Source: Elusimicrobiales bacterium
GTDB lineage: Bacteria; Elusimicrobiota; Elusimicrobia; Elusimicrobiales; UBA9959
Direction of reading: 5' to 3'
Length of the DNA stretch: 64,000 bases
Assembly (NCBI GenBank): GCA_050174915.1
Contig: JBFXJL010000001.1
Span: 411,346-475,345 of the forward strand
Each line of letters starts with the position of its first letter. Position 1 is the stretch's first letter. A model generated the notes under the pieces. That model searched no databases and was not told where the DNA came from. It saw only the letters and a program-made list of their open reading frames with translations. This document shows, piece by piece, positions 1 through 8,307 of the stretch. The position numbers were made by a program, and so were the translations under genes.

Positions 1-22
1 TTGGCCTGCACTGACCGCGCGG

Positions 23-52
23 TTGACACCGGCCGGCGTTAAGTTGCACAAT
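23..52 (+). promoter_or_regulatory. possible sigma70-type promoter of the DUF3015 gene
   Basis: TTGACA (23-28), 18 nt spacer, CACAAT (47-52); the -10 is weak. Confidence 0.3.
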
Positions 53-89
53 CTCGGGAGAAGTAAATCACAAGTATAAGGGGAGCAAA

Positions 90-539
90 ATGAAAAAAGT
101 ACTGTTAACCATAGCGATAGTGGGCGCCTTCGCCTCCGCCGCGATGGCCGCCGGTTACGGCGCCGCCGGTTGCGGTCTGGGCAGCCTGGTCTTCCAGGAG
201 AACAACGAGCTGCAGATCCTCGCCGCCACCACCAACGGCACGTTCGGCAGCCAGACGTTCGGCATGACCTTCGGCACCTCCAACTGCAACAACAAGGGCC
301 TGGTCAAGCTGGCGATGGCCCGCGAGAGCTTCATCGAAGCCAACTACAAGGACCTGTCCCGCGAAGTGGCCACCGGCAAGGGCGAGTATGTCAACAGCCT
401 CGCCAAGCTCTACGGCTATACCCCGGAGAACAGTTGGCAGTTCACCCAGCTGCTGCAGAAGAACCACACCGTCATCTTCGCCGCCAATGACGCTAAGACC
501 GCTGTCAGCACCATCAACAGCCTCGTCTCCAGCATATAA
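90..539 (+). CDS. DUF3015-like small secreted protein
   Basis: 149 aa. Signal peptide MKKVLLTIAIVGAFASAAMA is followed by GYGAAGCGLGSLVF, a motif I associate with DUF3015. SD AAGGGGAG lies upstream and a hairpin terminator downstream. Confidence 0.7.
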   Translation: MKKVLLTIAIVGAFASAAMAAGYGAAGCGLGSLVFQENNELQILAATTNGTFGSQTFGMTFGTSNCNNKGLVKLAMARESFIEANYKDLSREVATGKGEYVNSLAKLYGYTPENSWQFTQLLQKNHTVIFAANDAKTAVSTINSLVSSI

Positions 540-557
540 GCGCTAGTGACGTACTGC

Positions 558-593
558 GGGCCGGCGGCGTAAAAACCTCCGGCCCGTTTTAAT
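558..593 (+). terminator. rho-independent terminator
   Basis: GGGCCGG (558-564) pairs with CCGGCCC (579-585) and is followed by a T-rich run GTTTTAATTT. Confidence 0.6.
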
Positions 594-606
594 TTATAAG
601 GTTCAT

Positions 607-2499
607 ATGTCTAGCAAATCAATTTTCTTCCTCCTCCTCCTGGCCGCGGCGCCCTGCGCCGCCCTCGGGCCGGAACAAGAGCTGCGCCGCCTGGCCGACC
701 GGCAGCGGGCCACCGCCCTTAAAGCCTGGGAAGACCCGTACTGGCGCCGGCTGCTCTACTACGAGAAGAATCTGCTGGGCAACTGGCACAGCCCGTCGGT
801 AAATCCCCAGTTCTTCCTGTCGAAGTGGGGCCATATCAATCCCCGGCTGGAACTGGAAGCCGCCGTGGACGGCCTCTACTTCGAAGGCGCCGAGAACGAC
901 AGCCCCGAGTGCCGCTTCCCCGAGCGCTACCGCTGGCTGAAAGAAAAGCTGGGCGTGGCGGCCACCCCCCGCGCCTGCCCCGATTTCGAAGAGTGGAAAG
1001 CGGCCCTGGACACCGAGTCCGTCAGCCTGCTCTTCGCCGGCGGCTATCTCAATAACCCCTCCACGCTCTACGGCCACACTTTCCTGCGCCTGCATAAGCG
1101 CGACGGCGCCGGCGCCGACCTGCTGGACTACACCGTGAATTACGCGGCCACCGCCGACGCCGACAGCGGCCTCTTCTTCGCCGTGAAAGGCCTGGTGGGC
1201 GCCTACCCCGGCCAGTTCGCGACGGTGCCTTACTACCTGAAGATCCAGGAATACCATAATATAGAGAACCGGGACCTCTGGGAATTCCCGCTGAACCTCA
1301 AGCCCGAAGAGATAGACCGCCTGCTGCGCCATTGCTGGGAGCTGGGCAAGGCCTCTTTCCCGTATTTATTCTTTACCCGCAACTGTTCGTGGCAGCTGAT
1401 GCCGCTGCTGGACATCGTGAAGCCGGAGCTGAACCTCTCCCCCCGCTTCACCTTCTGGGTCATCCCTTCCGACACGGCCAAGGCCGTGCTGGAAGCCTCC
1501 CCCGCCGCGGAGCCCCGCTGGCGCCCCTCGCTCTGGAAAACCGTGGACTGGAAGCGCTCGCAGCTGACGGAACTCGAGAAGACCGCCGTGCTGACGCTGG
1601 CCCGCGGCGACCAAGGGGCCGGGCTGAAGGCGATAGAAGCATGGCAGGCGCCGCGGCAGGCGGCCGTACTGGAGACCGCCGTGGATTATCTCAGCTGGCG
1701 CTTTTACGCGCGGCGCATAAAGCAGGAAGAACTGGACCGCCGCACCGACCCGCTGCTGGCCCGGCGCGCCCCGCTGGGGCGGCAGGAGACCTTTACCGGC
1801 GGGCCCCGGCGGCCCGCCACCGTGCTGGAGGGTCACGACAGCCTGCGCACGGGAGCGGGCCTGGTGGCGCTGCCCAACGGCCCGGCTTACGAGGTGCAGG
1901 CCCGCTTCGCGGCCCAGGACCTGCTCGACGACCCGGCCGGCTACCTGCCCGACGCGGTGCTGGAGATGGGCTCGCTGAGGCTGCGCTACGAACCGCGCTA
2001 TAACCGCTATTACGTAAAAGAAGGCCGTCTGGCCCGCGTGGTCAGCCTTAACCCGTGGGACGACTGGGTACGGCGGCAGTCCTGGGAAGTGGCGGCGGGC
2101 GTGGAGCAGGCCCCCGAGACAGGCCGCCAGAGCGGCAGGGCCGCCGTCTGGGCCATGCACGCCGGCTCCGGACTCGCCGCGCAATGGGACGGCCCAGTGC
2201 GGCAGCTCTGGTACGCCCTGCTGCAGGCCGACACGGCCTTCGGCCCCGCGCTGGAGAACAACTGGCGCCTGGGCGCCGGCCTGAAAGCCGGCGTACTCGC
2301 CGAGCGTGGCCGTCTGCGCGCGCTGCTGGAGGCCCGCTACATCAGTTACGCCGCCGGCGACACCCGCCCGCTGTGGGCAGGCTCTCTCGCGGCCTCGTAC
2401 CGGCTGGCCCGCAACAGCTCCGTGCGCGCCGAACATGCCTGGCGCGGCGGCGTCCGGGAAACCGGCGTTTACTTCCACCAGTTCTTCTTCGCCCCCTGA
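607..2499 (+). CDS. DUF4105 / Lnb-like N-terminal periplasmic domain protein with a roughly 300-aa C-terminal extension
   Basis: 630 aa with a signal peptide. YGHTFLRL and TRNCSW motifs are typical of DUF4105. The C-terminal half is Gly/Ala/Arg-rich with an alternating pattern and an aromatic end, YFHQFFFAP. Confidence 0.7.
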   Translation: MSSKSIFFLLLLAAAPCAALGPEQELRRLADRQRATALKAWEDPYWRRLLYYEKNLLGNWHSPSVNPQFFLSKWGHINPRLELEAAVDGLYFEGAENDSPECRFPERYRWLKEKLGVAATPRACPDFEEWKAALDTESVSLLFAGGYLNNPSTLYGHTFLRLHKRDGAGADLLDYTVNYAATADADSGLFFAVKGLVGAYPGQFATVPYYLKIQEYHNIENRDLWEFPLNLKPEEIDRLLRHCWELGKASFPYLFFTRNCSWQLMPLLDIVKPELNLSPRFTFWVIPSDTAKAVLEASPAAEPRWRPSLWKTVDWKRSQLTELEKTAVLTLARGDQGAGLKAIEAWQAPRQAAVLETAVDYLSWRFYARRIKQEELDRRTDPLLARRAPLGRQETFTGGPRRPATVLEGHDSLRTGAGLVALPNGPAYEVQARFAAQDLLDDPAGYLPDAVLEMGSLRLRYEPRYNRYYVKEGRLARVVSLNPWDDWVRRQSWEVAAGVEQAPETGRQSGRAAVWAMHAGSGLAAQWDGPVRQLWYALLQADTAFGPALENNWRLGAGLKAGVLAERGRLRALLEARYISYAAGDTRPLWAGSLAASYRLARNSSVRAEHAWRGGVRETGVYFHQFFFAP

Positions 2500-2500
2500 T

Positions 2501-3325
2501 ATGCGCCTGACCTTGCTGCTATTGGCCGCGGCGCTGCCCCTCTCGGGCTGCACCCGCGTCTTCTTCAAACCCACCCGCCACATACACGCGGACCCGGCGG
2601 CCGAAGGGCGCAGGTACGAGGCCATAAAATTCGCTTCGGCCGACGGCACGCCGCTGACGGGGATGTTCTTCCCCACCGACGGAATACCTAAAGGCACCGT
2701 GGTGCATTTCCACGGCAACGGCCAGAACATGACCGCTCATTATCCGTACGCCGCCTGGCTGGCAGGCGCGGGCTACAATGTCTTCACCTTCGATTACCGG
2801 GGCTACGGCGCTTCGGGCGGCCGCCCGTCGCTGGCCGGCGCGGTGGCCGACGGCCGCGCCGCGCTGAATCACGCGCTGCTGTTGCCCGGGGCTGCCCCCG
2901 GAAAGATCATAATCTTCGGCCAGAGCCTGGGCGGGGCGTTGGCGGTGGCCGCTGCGGGCGAGGCCGGCTTTAAGCCGGCGGCGCTGGTGCTGGAAGGCAC
3001 TTTCTATTCTTACCGGCAGGTGGCGGCCGCGGTGCTCCGTAGTCACTGGCTGACCTGGCCCGCCTCCTGGCTGCCCTACCTGCTGGTCAGCGGGGGTCAT
3101 TCTCCGTCGGACTATATAAGCAGGCTGCACTGCCCCAAGGTCTTCCTGCACGCCTCCGGCGACAAGACCGTGCCCTTCGCCCAGGGCCGCAGGCTCTACG
3201 AAGCCGCACCCGGCCCCAAGGAATTCTGGGAAGTCCCCGCCGGCCACGTGGAAGCCTTCACCGCTTTCCGCGCCGCCTACGCCCCCCGCCTGCTTGCCTT
3301 CCTGGAAGCCTCGCTGGCGCGCTAG
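2501..3325 (+). CDS. alpha/beta-fold hydrolase lipoprotein
   Basis: Internal ATG at 2501 lies 1 nt after the upstream stop, with lipobox LPLSGC. HFHGNGQN and the nucleophile elbow GQSLGG are present. The longer ORF from 2306 overlaps the previous gene and is rejected. Confidence 0.75.
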   Translation: MRLTLLLLAAALPLSGCTRVFFKPTRHIHADPAAEGRRYEAIKFASADGTPLTGMFFPTDGIPKGTVVHFHGNGQNMTAHYPYAAWLAGAGYNVFTFDYRGYGASGGRPSLAGAVADGRAALNHALLLPGAAPGKIIIFGQSLGGALAVAAAGEAGFKPAALVLEGTFYSYRQVAAAVLRSHWLTWPASWLPYLLVSGGHSPSDYISRLHCPKVFLHASGDKTVPFAQGRRLYEAAPGPKEFWEVPAGHVEAFTAFRAAYAPRLLAFLEASLAR

Positions 3326-3384
3326 CCCTACCGCCGGCCCCCGTGCCCCTTGCTACTACCGGCAGTATTTCATACGATTACCGC

Positions 3385-3840
3385 ATGCTGGAAAACATAC
3401 CTCTTAAATACCTTTGGATACTGCTGGGGTTGGCCATAATGAGCATGGAGCTGTTCCTGCCCGGGTTCATCCTGGTCTTCTTCGGAATGGGCGCCGTGCT
3501 CACGGGCCTGCTGCTGGTCTTCATCCCGATGGGGATCAATACGCAGCTGGTCCTCTTCACCGTCCTCTCTATAATCCTGCTAGTAGCCTTCAGGCGCATG
3601 GCCCAGGGCTATTTCGTCGGGCGCGTCGCCAACGTGAACCCGACCGGCGCCGCGATGGAGAAATTCAACGGCGAAACCGCCGTAGTCACCGAGACGATAA
3701 TCCCGAATTCCACCAAAGGCAAGGTGGAATTTCACGGCAGCTTCTGGAACGCCGACGCCGATACGGAAATAGCCCAAGGGCAGAAAGTAACCGTGCTCAC
3801 GCGCCACAATCTGACGCTCAAAGTGCAGCCGCTAAACTAA
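3385..3840 (+). CDS. NfeD family membrane protein
   Basis: Two or three N-terminal TM helices precede a C-terminal OB-like beta domain (KGKVEFHGSFWNA). It sits directly upstream of an SPFH gene, the classic NfeD-stomatin pair. The start is ambiguous (GTG 3343 or ATG 3385). Confidence 0.75.
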   Translation: MLENIPLKYLWILLGLAIMSMELFLPGFILVFFGMGAVLTGLLLVFIPMGINTQLVLFTVLSIILLVAFRRMAQGYFVGRVANVNPTGAAMEKFNGETAVVTETIIPNSTKGKVEFHGSFWNADADTEIAQGQKVTVLTRHNLTLKVQPLN

Positions 3841-3850
3841 GGAGATAAAC

Positions 3851-4876
3851 ATGGAATTAATTCTTGCGATAGGCGTAATCTTCATCGTGATGGTCCTGGT
3901 CAACGCGGCCAGGGTCGTGCCGCACATGACCGTATTCATCGTCGAGCGGCTGGGCAAGTACCACACCACCCTCGAGGCCGGCTTCCACATCCTGATCCCC
4001 TTCATAGACCGGATCGCTTACCGCCGCAGCCTCAAAGAAATGGTGGTCGACGTGCAGGAGCAGACCTGCATCACCAAGGATAACATCTCCGTACAGGTGG
4101 ACGGTATCCTCTACATCCAGATCATGGACCCGGTAAAGACCTGCTACGGCATCACCGACTACCAGTTCGCCGCCACGCAGCTGGCCCAGACCACCATGCG
4201 CTCCGAGATCGGCAAGATAGACCTGGACCGCACCTTCGAAGAGCGCGAGAAGATCAACATGGAGATCGTCAACGCCGTGGACAAGGCCTCCATCCCGTGG
4301 GGCCTCAAGGTCACCCGCCACGAGATCAAGAATATCACCCCGCCCGACAGCATCAAGGGCGCGATGGAAAAGCAGATGCGCGCCGAGCGCGAGAAGCGCG
4401 CCATCATCGCCGAGTCCGAAGGCGACAAGCAGGCCAAGATCAACCGCGCCGAGGGCGACAAGCAGCAGAACATCGCCCTCTCCGAGGGTGAGAAGATGAA
4501 GCGCATCAACGAAGCCGAAGGCCGCGGCCAGGAGATAGAGCGCATAGCCCTGGCTACCGCCAAGGGGATCCGCGAGATCGCCACCGCCATCAACGAAAAG
4601 GGCGGGTCCGACGCCGTGAACCTGCGCATCGCCGAGCAGTACCTGGGCGAGTTCGGCAAGCTGGCCAAGGTCAACAACACCCTGATCATCCCCGCCGACC
4701 TCGGCGATACCGCCGGCATGGTGGCCGCGGTCAGCAAGGTGTTCACCGCCACCCGCCAGCGCGCCGCCGAGATCGAGAAAGGGCCCGCCCCCGCGCCGGC
4801 CCCCCTCCCCGGAGTAAAACCCGCCGGCCAGCAGTACCCCCCGCTCCATCAGCGTCCTTCCCAGGGCGGCCAGTAA
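3851..4876 (+). CDS. SPFH/band-7 (stomatin/paraslipin-like) protein
   Basis: 341 aa with an N-terminal TM helix. SPFH core motifs are present (VPHMTVFIVERLGKY, ITKDNISVQVDG), followed by a coiled-coil EAEG/RAEGDK region. SD AAGGAG. Confidence 0.9.
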   Translation: MELILAIGVIFIVMVLVNAARVVPHMTVFIVERLGKYHTTLEAGFHILIPFIDRIAYRRSLKEMVVDVQEQTCITKDNISVQVDGILYIQIMDPVKTCYGITDYQFAATQLAQTTMRSEIGKIDLDRTFEEREKINMEIVNAVDKASIPWGLKVTRHEIKNITPPDSIKGAMEKQMRAEREKRAIIAESEGDKQAKINRAEGDKQQNIALSEGEKMKRINEAEGRGQEIERIALATAKGIREIATAINEKGGSDAVNLRIAEQYLGEFGKLAKVNNTLIIPADLGDTAGMVAAVSKVFTATRQRAAEIEKGPAPAPAPLPGVKPAGQQYPPLHQRPSQGGQ

Positions 4877-4894
4877 GCCCCCCTCAGGCAAATA

Positions 4895-4930
4895 AAAGAA
4901 CCGGGAGATCTCTCCCGGTTCTTTGTTTTT
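4895..4930. terminator. bidirectional hairpin terminator
   Basis: GAACCGGGAGA pairs with TCTCCCGGTTC (11 bp), flanked by an A-tract upstream and TTTGTTTTT downstream. It lies 19 nt after the SPFH stop. Confidence 0.65.
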
Positions 4931-4958
4931 ATAACTACCGGAGCTTTGACTTGGTGGA

Positions 4959-5150
4959 GGCGTGGGCGGGGTCGGCACTCGCTCCAGAGCGGGCGTGGCC
5001 GAAGCGGGCCGGTTTCCTCCGCCGGCGGAGAACTCGGCCGACACACAGTGCCGGCCTCAGACAGTCTCCGCCGCCGCACTAATGATAGGCGGTCCGCTGC
5101 GGAAACCGTCCCGACGCCCTAAAGTCGCTCGCGCCGACCCCGCCCACGCC
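4959..5150 (-). repeat. nested-palindrome intergenic element, type 3, copy 1
   Basis: 18-bp perfect terminal inverted repeat GGCGTGGGCGGGGTCGGC / GCCGACCCCGCCCACGCC. The core is shared with 47525-47718 (CCTCCGCCGGCGRAGAACTCGGC..CACACMGTGC..CCTCAGACA..TAATGATAGGC.GTCCGCTGCGGA). Confidence 0.8.
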
Positions 5151-5175
5151 GGAACGGGCTGACTGATGCGCAAAA

Positions 5176-8100
5176 CTACTTTTTCTCTGTCTCGCCCAGT
5201 TCTTTGAGCGCCGTCTTAAGGGCTTCCTCGTGGCGGCGGCTTTCCAGCGGGGCCATCAGGCTGTAGGCGCAGGGCACCACCAGCAGCGTCAGCAGCGTAG
5301 ACAGGAGCACGCCGCCTATCACTACAAGCGCCATAGGAATGCGCGTCTCCGCGCCGGGGCCGTAGCCCAGGGCCGGCGGAATGGCCGCGGCGATGGTGGC
5401 GAAAGAAGTCATCAGGATGGGGCGCAGCCGTATGGGGCAGGCTTCGAGCAGCGCCTCGTTGACGCCCAGGCCGCCCTCGCGCCGCCGGTTATTGGTAAAG
5501 TCCACCAGCAATATGGAATTCTTCTTCACGATGCCCATGAGCAGGATCAGGCCTATCATACTGTAGATGGACAGCGAATGCCCGCCGAGCTTGAGGGCGA
5601 TGAAGGCGCCGGTCAGGCTGAACGGCAGCGCCAGCAGCACCGTAAGCGGGTGCAGGAAGCTGTTGAACTGGGAAGCCAGGATCATGTAGGCCACGAACAC
5701 GCCCAGCACCAACGCGAACGTGAGGCTGGAGAAGGACTCCTGGAAGGTCTTGGAAGTGCCCGAGAAGACCACCCGGTAGCCGTCGGGCAGGATCTCTTTG
5801 GCCAGCCGCTCCACTTCCTTGATGGCCTGCTCCTGCGACGCGCCCTGCGCCACGTTGGCGAACACGCCGATGGCGCGCTCGCGGTTCTTGCGCGAGATGG
5901 TGAGCAGCGTGGTCTTCTGCTCCACCTTCACCACCTCGGAGAGGCGTATCACTTCCCCCCGGTTATTGCGCACCCAGATCTTGTTGATATCCTTGGGGTC
6001 GCTGCGGTCGCGGCCGGTGAGCTGCACGCGGATGTCGTAGCGCTTGCCGCCGCGCGTGAACTTGCCGGCGCGCACGCCGCCTATCATCGAGTTCACCGCG
6101 TCGCCGATCGAGGCCACGCTGACGCCGCGGGCCGCCGCCTTCTCGCGGTCGGGCACCACCTGCACCTCCGGCATGCCCTCCTGGTAATCGGTATCCACGT
6201 CCACCATCTTGCCGGACGCGTTCATGCGCTCCATCAGCAGCCGGCTATACTCCCCCAGGCTGTCCCAGTTGGGGCCGCGCACGCTGAATTCCACCGGGAA
6301 GCCGCGCTGCGCGGTAAAGCCGCCCAGCGACGGGTCCTGGATGGCCACGCGCCGCACGCCGGGGATGGCGTTGAGCGGCTTGCGGGCGTAGCGCATGAAC
6401 TCCTGCTGAGTAGGAGGGCGTTTCTGACCCGGCAGCGGCACGCGCTCGGCCGGCGGCTTCATGGCTATCATCAGCATGCCCTGGTTCACCTGCCCGCCGC
6501 CGAAACCGCCGGTATTGGCCATGAAGGTGCGGATATTGGGCTGGGCCATCGCCCACTTCTCGGCCTCTTCCATGGCTTTGGCCGTGACTTCCAGCGGGGT
6601 GCCCACGGGCATCTGCACGCGCGCCAGGAAACGGCTCTGGTCCTGGGCGGGAGAGAACTCCTTGGGGATAAACTTAATGAGCGACATCGAAGCGGCAAAG
6701 ACGGTCACGGAGACCAGGATGACGGCCCAGCGGTGACCGAGCAGGCGCCCCAGCAGCGCGGCGTAAGAGCGGCGCGCGCGCTCCATCAGCGCGTCCATCG
6801 CGCGGCCTATCCACAGCGAGCGCTCCGCGTCCACGAATTGAGAGCAGCGCATGGGCGTCAGCGTGAGCGCCTCGAGCAGCGACAGCATGACGGCCGCCGT
6901 CATGGTGACGCCGAACTGGAAGAAGAACTTGCCGATGATGCCCTGCATGAAGACGACCGGCAGGAAGATGGCCAGGATGGCGATGGAGGCCGCCATGGCC
7001 GGGAAGGTCATCTCGCGGGCGCCCAGGATGGCGGAGCGCACGCGCCCTTCCCCTTTTTCGTTGTGGCGCACGATATTCTCGAGCATCATTATCGCGTCGT
7101 CCACGACGATGCCGATAGCCAGCGTAAGGCCCAGCAGAGTGAAAGTGTTGAGCGTAAAGCCCATGAAATACAGCACCAGAAAGGAACCCACTATGGAAGT
7201 GGGGATGGCCAGCAGCACGTTTACGGTGGAGGACCAGGAACCGAGGAACAGCCAGCAGACCACTGAAGTGAGGATGACGGAGAGTACCAGCGTAAAATTG
7301 AGTTCGTGCGTGGACTCCTCGATGAACCGGGTGGCGTCGTTGACGATCTCCAGGTGCATGCCTTCGGGCAGCGTCTTCTGTATCTCCGCCAGCCGCGCTT
7401 TGACCCGCTTGGCGGTGGCCACGGCGTTGGAGCCGCGCTGCTTGTTGATGCCCAGGCCCACCGCGCGGCGGCCCCAGTTGCGGGTAATGCGCCGCACGTC
7501 GGCCAGGCCGTCCTCGACCCTGGCCACGTCGGCAATATGGTAAGTGCGCCAGATGGCCGAGCCGCCGCGGCCGGAGATGACGATGCGCGAGAAGGCCTCG
7601 GGGGTGGGCGCCTCGCCGAGCACGCGCACGTTCAGTTCTTTCTTGCCGGTGTCGATATAGCCGGCGGGCTGTTCGGCGTGCTGGGCCGAGATGGCGCCCA
7701 GCACGTCGGTGACCGTCAGCTGCGCGGCGTCCATCTTGTCGGAGTCCAGCCAGACGCGCAGCGCCGGGTCCACATAGCCGCCCATGCTGACCTCGCCCAC
7801 GCCCTCGACGATGCTGAGCTGGTCGCGCAGCACATCGTTGGTATAGTTCATCAGGTCGGTAACCGGACGGTCTCCGGAGAGGGCTATCCAGATTATGGGC
7901 TGGTCCTCTGGGTTGGTCTTGGTGACCACCGGCGGGTCGATTTCCTTGGGCAGGTTGCGGGCCGCCTGCGAGACCTTGGCCTGCACCTCCTGCATGGCGT
8001 CGTCGATATCGTGCTCCAGCTCGAACTCCAGCGTGATGCGGGCCGAGCCGCGGCGCGAGGAAGAAGAAATATCCTTGATGCCGGCGATGGTCATCACCGC

Positions 8101-8307
8101 GCTCTCCAGCACGTCGGTGACCTGCGTCTCCATCACCTCGGGGGCCGCTCCCTCCAGCGCCACGCTGACGTTCACCACCGGGTAGTCCACGTCGGGCAGC
8201 TGGCTGATGCCCATGCGGCTGAAGCCGATGGCGCCGAAGACGATGAGGCCCAGCATCAGCATCCAGGCGAAGACGGGGCGCTTTATGGAGAGGTCGGAAA
8301 GGGTCAT
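5176..8307 (-). CDS. RND efflux transporter permease (AcrB/HAE1-like)
   Basis: 1043 aa with 12-TM RND topology. Motifs include LSIKRPVFAWMLM, GIVVDDAI and ALVVIGGV. Confidence 0.95.
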   Translation of the reverse strand: MTLSDLSIKRPVFAWMLMLGLIVFGAIGFSRMGISQLPDVDYPVVNVSVALEGAAPEVMETQVTDVLESAVMTIAGIKDISSSSRRGSARITLEFELEHDIDDAMQEVQAKVSQAARNLPKEIDPPVVTKTNPEDQPIIWIALSGDRPVTDLMNYTNDVLRDQLSIVEGVGEVSMGGYVDPALRVWLDSDKMDAAQLTVTDVLGAISAQHAEQPAGYIDTGKKELNVRVLGEAPTPEAFSRIVISGRGGSAIWRTYHIADVARVEDGLADVRRITRNWGRRAVGLGINKQRGSNAVATAKRVKARLAEIQKTLPEGMHLEIVNDATRFIEESTHELNFTLVLSVILTSVVCWLFLGSWSSTVNVLLAIPTSIVGSFLVLYFMGFTLNTFTLLGLTLAIGIVVDDAIMMLENIVRHNEKGEGRVRSAILGAREMTFPAMAASIAILAIFLPVVFMQGIIGKFFFQFGVTMTAAVMLSLLEALTLTPMRCSQFVDAERSLWIGRAMDALMERARRSYAALLGRLLGHRWAVILVSVTVFAASMSLIKFIPKEFSPAQDQSRFLARVQMPVGTPLEVTAKAMEEAEKWAMAQPNIRTFMANTGGFGGGQVNQGMLMIAMKPPAERVPLPGQKRPPTQQEFMRYARKPLNAIPGVRRVAIQDPSLGGFTAQRGFPVEFSVRGPNWDSLGEYSRLLMERMNASGKMVDVDTDYQEGMPEVQVVPDREKAAARGVSVASIGDAVNSMIGGVRAGKFTRGGKRYDIRVQLTGRDRSDPKDINKIWVRNNRGEVIRLSEVVKVEQKTTLLTISRKNRERAIGVFANVAQGASQEQAIKEVERLAKEILPDGYRVVFSGTSKTFQESFSSLTFALVLGVFVAYMILASQFNSFLHPLTVLLALPFSLTGAFIALKLGGHSLSIYSMIGLILLMGIVKKNSILLVDFTNNRRREGGLGVNEALLEACPIRLRPILMTSFATIAAAIPPALGYGPGAETRIPMALVVIGGVLLSTLLTLLVVPCAYSLMAPLESRRHEEALKTALKELGETEKK

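Noticed and set aside
2306-2500. N-terminal extensions offered by the ORF track (2306 for the hydrolase, 29207 for ruvC, 30028 for ruvA, 46107 for the deacetylase, 48350 for lpxK, 62038 for the gamma-CA gene, 11969 for pepT, 22101 for LPP20, 19694 for FecR, 15189 for DUF296).
   Set aside because: The extensions overlap the preceding gene or consist of Arg/Pro-rich junk. Internal starts give canonical N-termini, lipoboxes or signal peptides, an SD, or stop-start overlaps.
3857-5044. 395-aa ORF antisense to the SPFH gene. Similar long antisense or out-of-frame ORFs include 5230-7266, 6674-8335, 10506-11927, 12519-13928, 14051-15061, 44722-46179 and 53492-55237.
   Set aside because: These are shadow ORFs expected in GC-rich DNA. 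Their translations are Arg/Gly/Ala/Pro-rich low-complexity strings with no motifs. The opposite strand or frame encodes proteins with clear family signatures.
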